This document shows positions 60,850 through 64,000 of a DNA stretch of 64,000 bases, in pieces. A program made the translations under genes and the position numbers. Location of the stretch: assembly GCA_003971905.1 (NCBI GenBank), contig RSEE01000093.1, positions 186,001 through 250,000 of the forward strand. Reading direction: 5' to 3'. This DNA comes from Moniliella sp. 'wahieum'. Taxonomy: Eukaryota. The first letter of the stretch is position 1. Each line of letters opens with the position of its first letter. A model generated the notes under the pieces. It was not told the origin of the DNA and ran no database searches. It worked only from the letters and a program-made list of their open reading frames with translations.

Positions 60850-61940
60850 TGAGTACTCAACGGAGTAGTGACTACTAAGTGAATCGTGGTGGATAGTGAC
60901 TAGTGACTAGTGAGATCTGAGAGTAGCTCAAAGCTTTTGCCTATATTATTGTACTGTGTGGCGGGATGCTGTGCCAGAGCGCCTGAGCTCAGCGCCTCCG
61001 CGCCTTCGCAAGCCCTCGAAGGTTTCCTCTATGCCAAACGTGCTGCAGCTCTTACTGACAACGAGATGGAACGTATAGGAAAGGGGTTTGGTATAACTCA
61101 GCACTCACACGTCACATACCCAGTATACTCAGGGCGACCTCTTCTAATATGTATGCAGCGGAGAAGATCTAAGATCATCGATCATATCAATCTGCATATC
61201 ATATACTTCTTGGGGGGTTCCCCCCACACCGGCACGTTTTCGTTCTTCCGTACACAACTGGCCCCAACGCAAGTTATTCAAGAGAGACATTGAGGGGCTG
61301 TGGTGCAGGATCTACCTTTAAAATTTGATGGCACCAACAAGTACTAAGGCCTGAAGATGTGCATGATGCACGTGACGGCGTCTCAATAAGCTGCTGAATC
61401 TTCGATGCACCTACTGCCATTGCCCATTTCTGTTTTGAGTACCTTGCGTATGATCCAGATTCTAGGAACAGTTGTACAGCCAAAGCAGACCTACATTTGG
61501 CCCCGGATGTCCTTCGAAACGAAGCGTTCAGGAGGACACGGATCGGCCCTACTATGATATATGGTACACTTGCGAGTATATAGTGTCCATCGTCTCGTAT
61601 TGAGTATTGCAGATGCTGGAGAAGAGAAACCACGATCGATTGTGGTGCAAGACGTTTGGGGTCTAGATTGATATCGACCTCAACGTTCCCATATCTCTCA
61701 GGCCTCATGGATCATCGATCATCAGGCCTCAACGTCTCAACGGCCTCAACGTCGGCCGACCTCGGCGTATTACTCAGTTACTCGGGTGGCAAGACGGCTA
61801 CCACAGGCGGCACTCAATACTGCAACCACTACTTGAGTATACTGAGTACTGAGTACTGAGTATCCGTCGACATTTTGTTCGGTGTCCACCATACTCACCC
61901 CCCCCCTAACACAATCACCTGCCCGAGGCCTGAGGCCTGA
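60850..61940. repeat. Cluster of 7-bp palindrome-core microrepeats upstream of the second C2H2 gene
   Basis: tga-ctag-tga-ctag-tga-gatc-tga (60897), tca-ggcc-tca-tgga-tca-tcga-tca (61698), (tgagtac)2+ (61843), ggcc-tga-ggcc-tga (61927). Confidence 0.85.
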
Positions 61941-62412
61941 GACTCAAGCTGCAGGAGAAGCGAGTCCGAGCGCTACCTACGACAAACTGTGTGGGACCGT
62001 CATACTTCAACGGCTTATTTGCCCAACTCTACTACCCTCCTATGCCAGCCTCTCACGCATTGAACAAAGTAGTCATAGTATATGCGTCCGGGCCCCGGAC
62101 TTGGTCTGGATCCCTAGGGCCAACAGCTCGCTGTCGATGACTACAAGTACTTTTGGGTTTCAGTGTCCAGCGTATAGCATAGGGGCAATGAGCGCTGAGC
62201 GGCGCTGACCCAGCAGAGAACCCCGCGGACCACCAGGAGAGCAAGTAAAAAAGTACATATATCTCCGCTACGCTCTATATGGGATGCCTTTTTCCTTCCC
62301 ACATATCCTCCCGTCCTACACACGAATCCTCCATCCCGCGTAGGGCAGCCGGTTTTTTCCCACCAATTTCTCATCGCCGAGATCAACCTGGACTTGTGCT
62401 ACGGTAACCCCG

Positions 62413-63672
62413 ATGCCCCCATCCTCCAACTCCTACTCCCGAAAGCAGCAGATGCCCCGCTGCAAGAACCCACGCCGTCAGAAGCTCGCTATCGAGCCCA
62501 GCAATGAGGGTGAGCATCGCACCTTCACATGCACCGTCTGTTCCCGCCAATTCCATCGCCTACTCCACCTCCAACGTCACGAGTACATCCACTCTGATAA
62601 AAAACCGTTCCAATGCCCTTGGTGCCCAAAGGTAAGTGTCTCTCCCTACTGCTCCCTCCTCCCCACAGTACAGGGCAATGAGTGCATAGTGTACTGATTA
62701 TTTTTTTATCCTCAATGCAGTCTTTTACACGCCAAGACTCTCTTGTTCGCCATGCTCGACTGCATGTCCAAGAAGGAGACAAGAAGATGGTATCTCTCTC
62801 ACTCAACAGGCATAAGGGTATGTTTGTATCCAAATCAGTGGGCAATACTCTGTGACATGCTAACCCATCACGACCCGTCTTTCTTTTAACGATTATAGCG
62901 TGCATGTCCTGTACTGAAGAAGGGCAGTGCGAACGGTGCGCGGCGTACAATCGACGTTTGCTAAAGCGTAAAAACAAAGAAGACACTCTATCTCCATCTT
63001 CTCCTCCGCGCAAACGCACCTCTAGGAAGCCCACGAAGGAACCCAAACCTCCGGTACCCCCTCCGCTTCACGTGCCTCAATGGCAGGACCATGTTCGGCC
63101 CTCTCTTTCACCCATCTCGGCCGAGGAGAGAGCCCCACCAACCTGATTGAAGACTGTTTCAGTCCAGATAGTGGGACGGGTAAGTGGCGCCTCGTTTGAT
63201 CTTATGTGTTGAGGAGACGGATCTAACCCGACCCTGTTTTGCCCCCTAAGATCCCTTGTCGCCTACCGCTACTCCCGAGCTGCTCCCACCAGACCAAACA
63301 AGAACCACTCGGGACCACAGTATTTCTTCGTCAGAGTGTGGCTCTCTCATGAGCGGTGGCGATGTGCTACCGTCCTACTTGGCTCCTCCTGTATTCTTTC
63401 CCAGCATGCTTACCCCCCGTGCATTTGTGGAACCTGGCGCCATGACCAACTACACCCTCTCGCCCTCCTACGACTGCCGATCCCAGTCGATTTCCCCTTT
63501 TACGGCTCACTATGGTGGAACGGACCAGCCCCTTATTCCTACACCTCAAAGCGGATACTTTGATTCTTCCTTTTTCCCTACCATAACGTCTCCTGCTTCG
63601 ATCCTTGCTAACACCCTTCCATCGATGGTGTCCAAGATCAACTGCTCGATATGCTTCGCGCGTGCGAAGTGA
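62413..63672 (+). CDS. C2H2 zinc-finger transcription factor, paralogue of 53471-51776
   Basis: Exons 62413-62631, 62721-62817, 62899-63179 and 63251-63672 bounded by GT..AG. 'FTCTVCSRQFHRLLHLQRHEYIHSDKKPFQCPWCPK|SFTRQDSLVRHARLH', then 'ACMSCTEEGQCERC'. One apparent frameshift before 63143. Confidence 0.82.
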
Positions 63673-64000
63673 TGGAGCTTTCCCTTTCCTTACCTCGGGC
63701 TTCCTGAGGCGCATCAATTGATTCCCTTTTACTCTCCTCTGTTGTCCATCCCCCTCTATGGTCCATTTGTTGTCTTCCACCTAGTCTCCTATTCTGATTG
63801 ACCTTCATGATCATGTACTGTTTCCTGGTTACCAGGTGTTGGCGGTAGGTAGGCGTGCACAATCATGTAGAGTCTCTTCCGCGACTGGGAGGTTTTCTTG
63901 CCCTAGAGGAAGGGCATCAGGTCTTTTTCATCCGTCGTGTCATTACATGATAATATGGTGTTGGCGGAGGGAAATGAATGCTGGCGATTTGACCGGTTGA

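Noticed and set aside
61274..61708. Cytochrome P450 fragment ('PPERF' on the minus strand)
   Set aside because: No convincing FxxGxRxCxG heme motif or ExxR; likely chance.

Overview
Eukaryotic, most likely basidiomycete fungal DNA (short GTRHGT..CTRAC..YAG introns; gene content suggests a smut-related lineage, which is an inference). Many conserved genes are split by single-base frameshifts, consistent with an unpolished long-read assembly, so CDS ends are approximate. Bases 1 to ~26.4 kb are a compact GC-rich housekeeping block: SEC6, IML2/TTC39-like, WW protein, RPL35, RhoGEF, TUL1, a CAAX protein, a conserved hypothetical, a formin-GBD/Rid1-like protein, RPL29, MBF1, PRP19 and a sulfurtransferase. 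From ~26.5 to 64 kb the window is gene-sparse. It holds a Per1 homologue lacking catalytic residues, a divergent BUD16/NAPE-PLD pair, two paralogous C2H2 + 4-Cys transcription-factor genes, decayed Helitron and piggyBac-like relics, and three copies of one solo-LTR family. The most unusual signal is a non-coding repeat grammar with a 7-bp period: TNA + 4-bp palindrome + TNA. All 12 C/G-containing palindromic cores occur, different cores can follow each other in register, and the units cluster in promoters and at gene/TE-relic boundaries.
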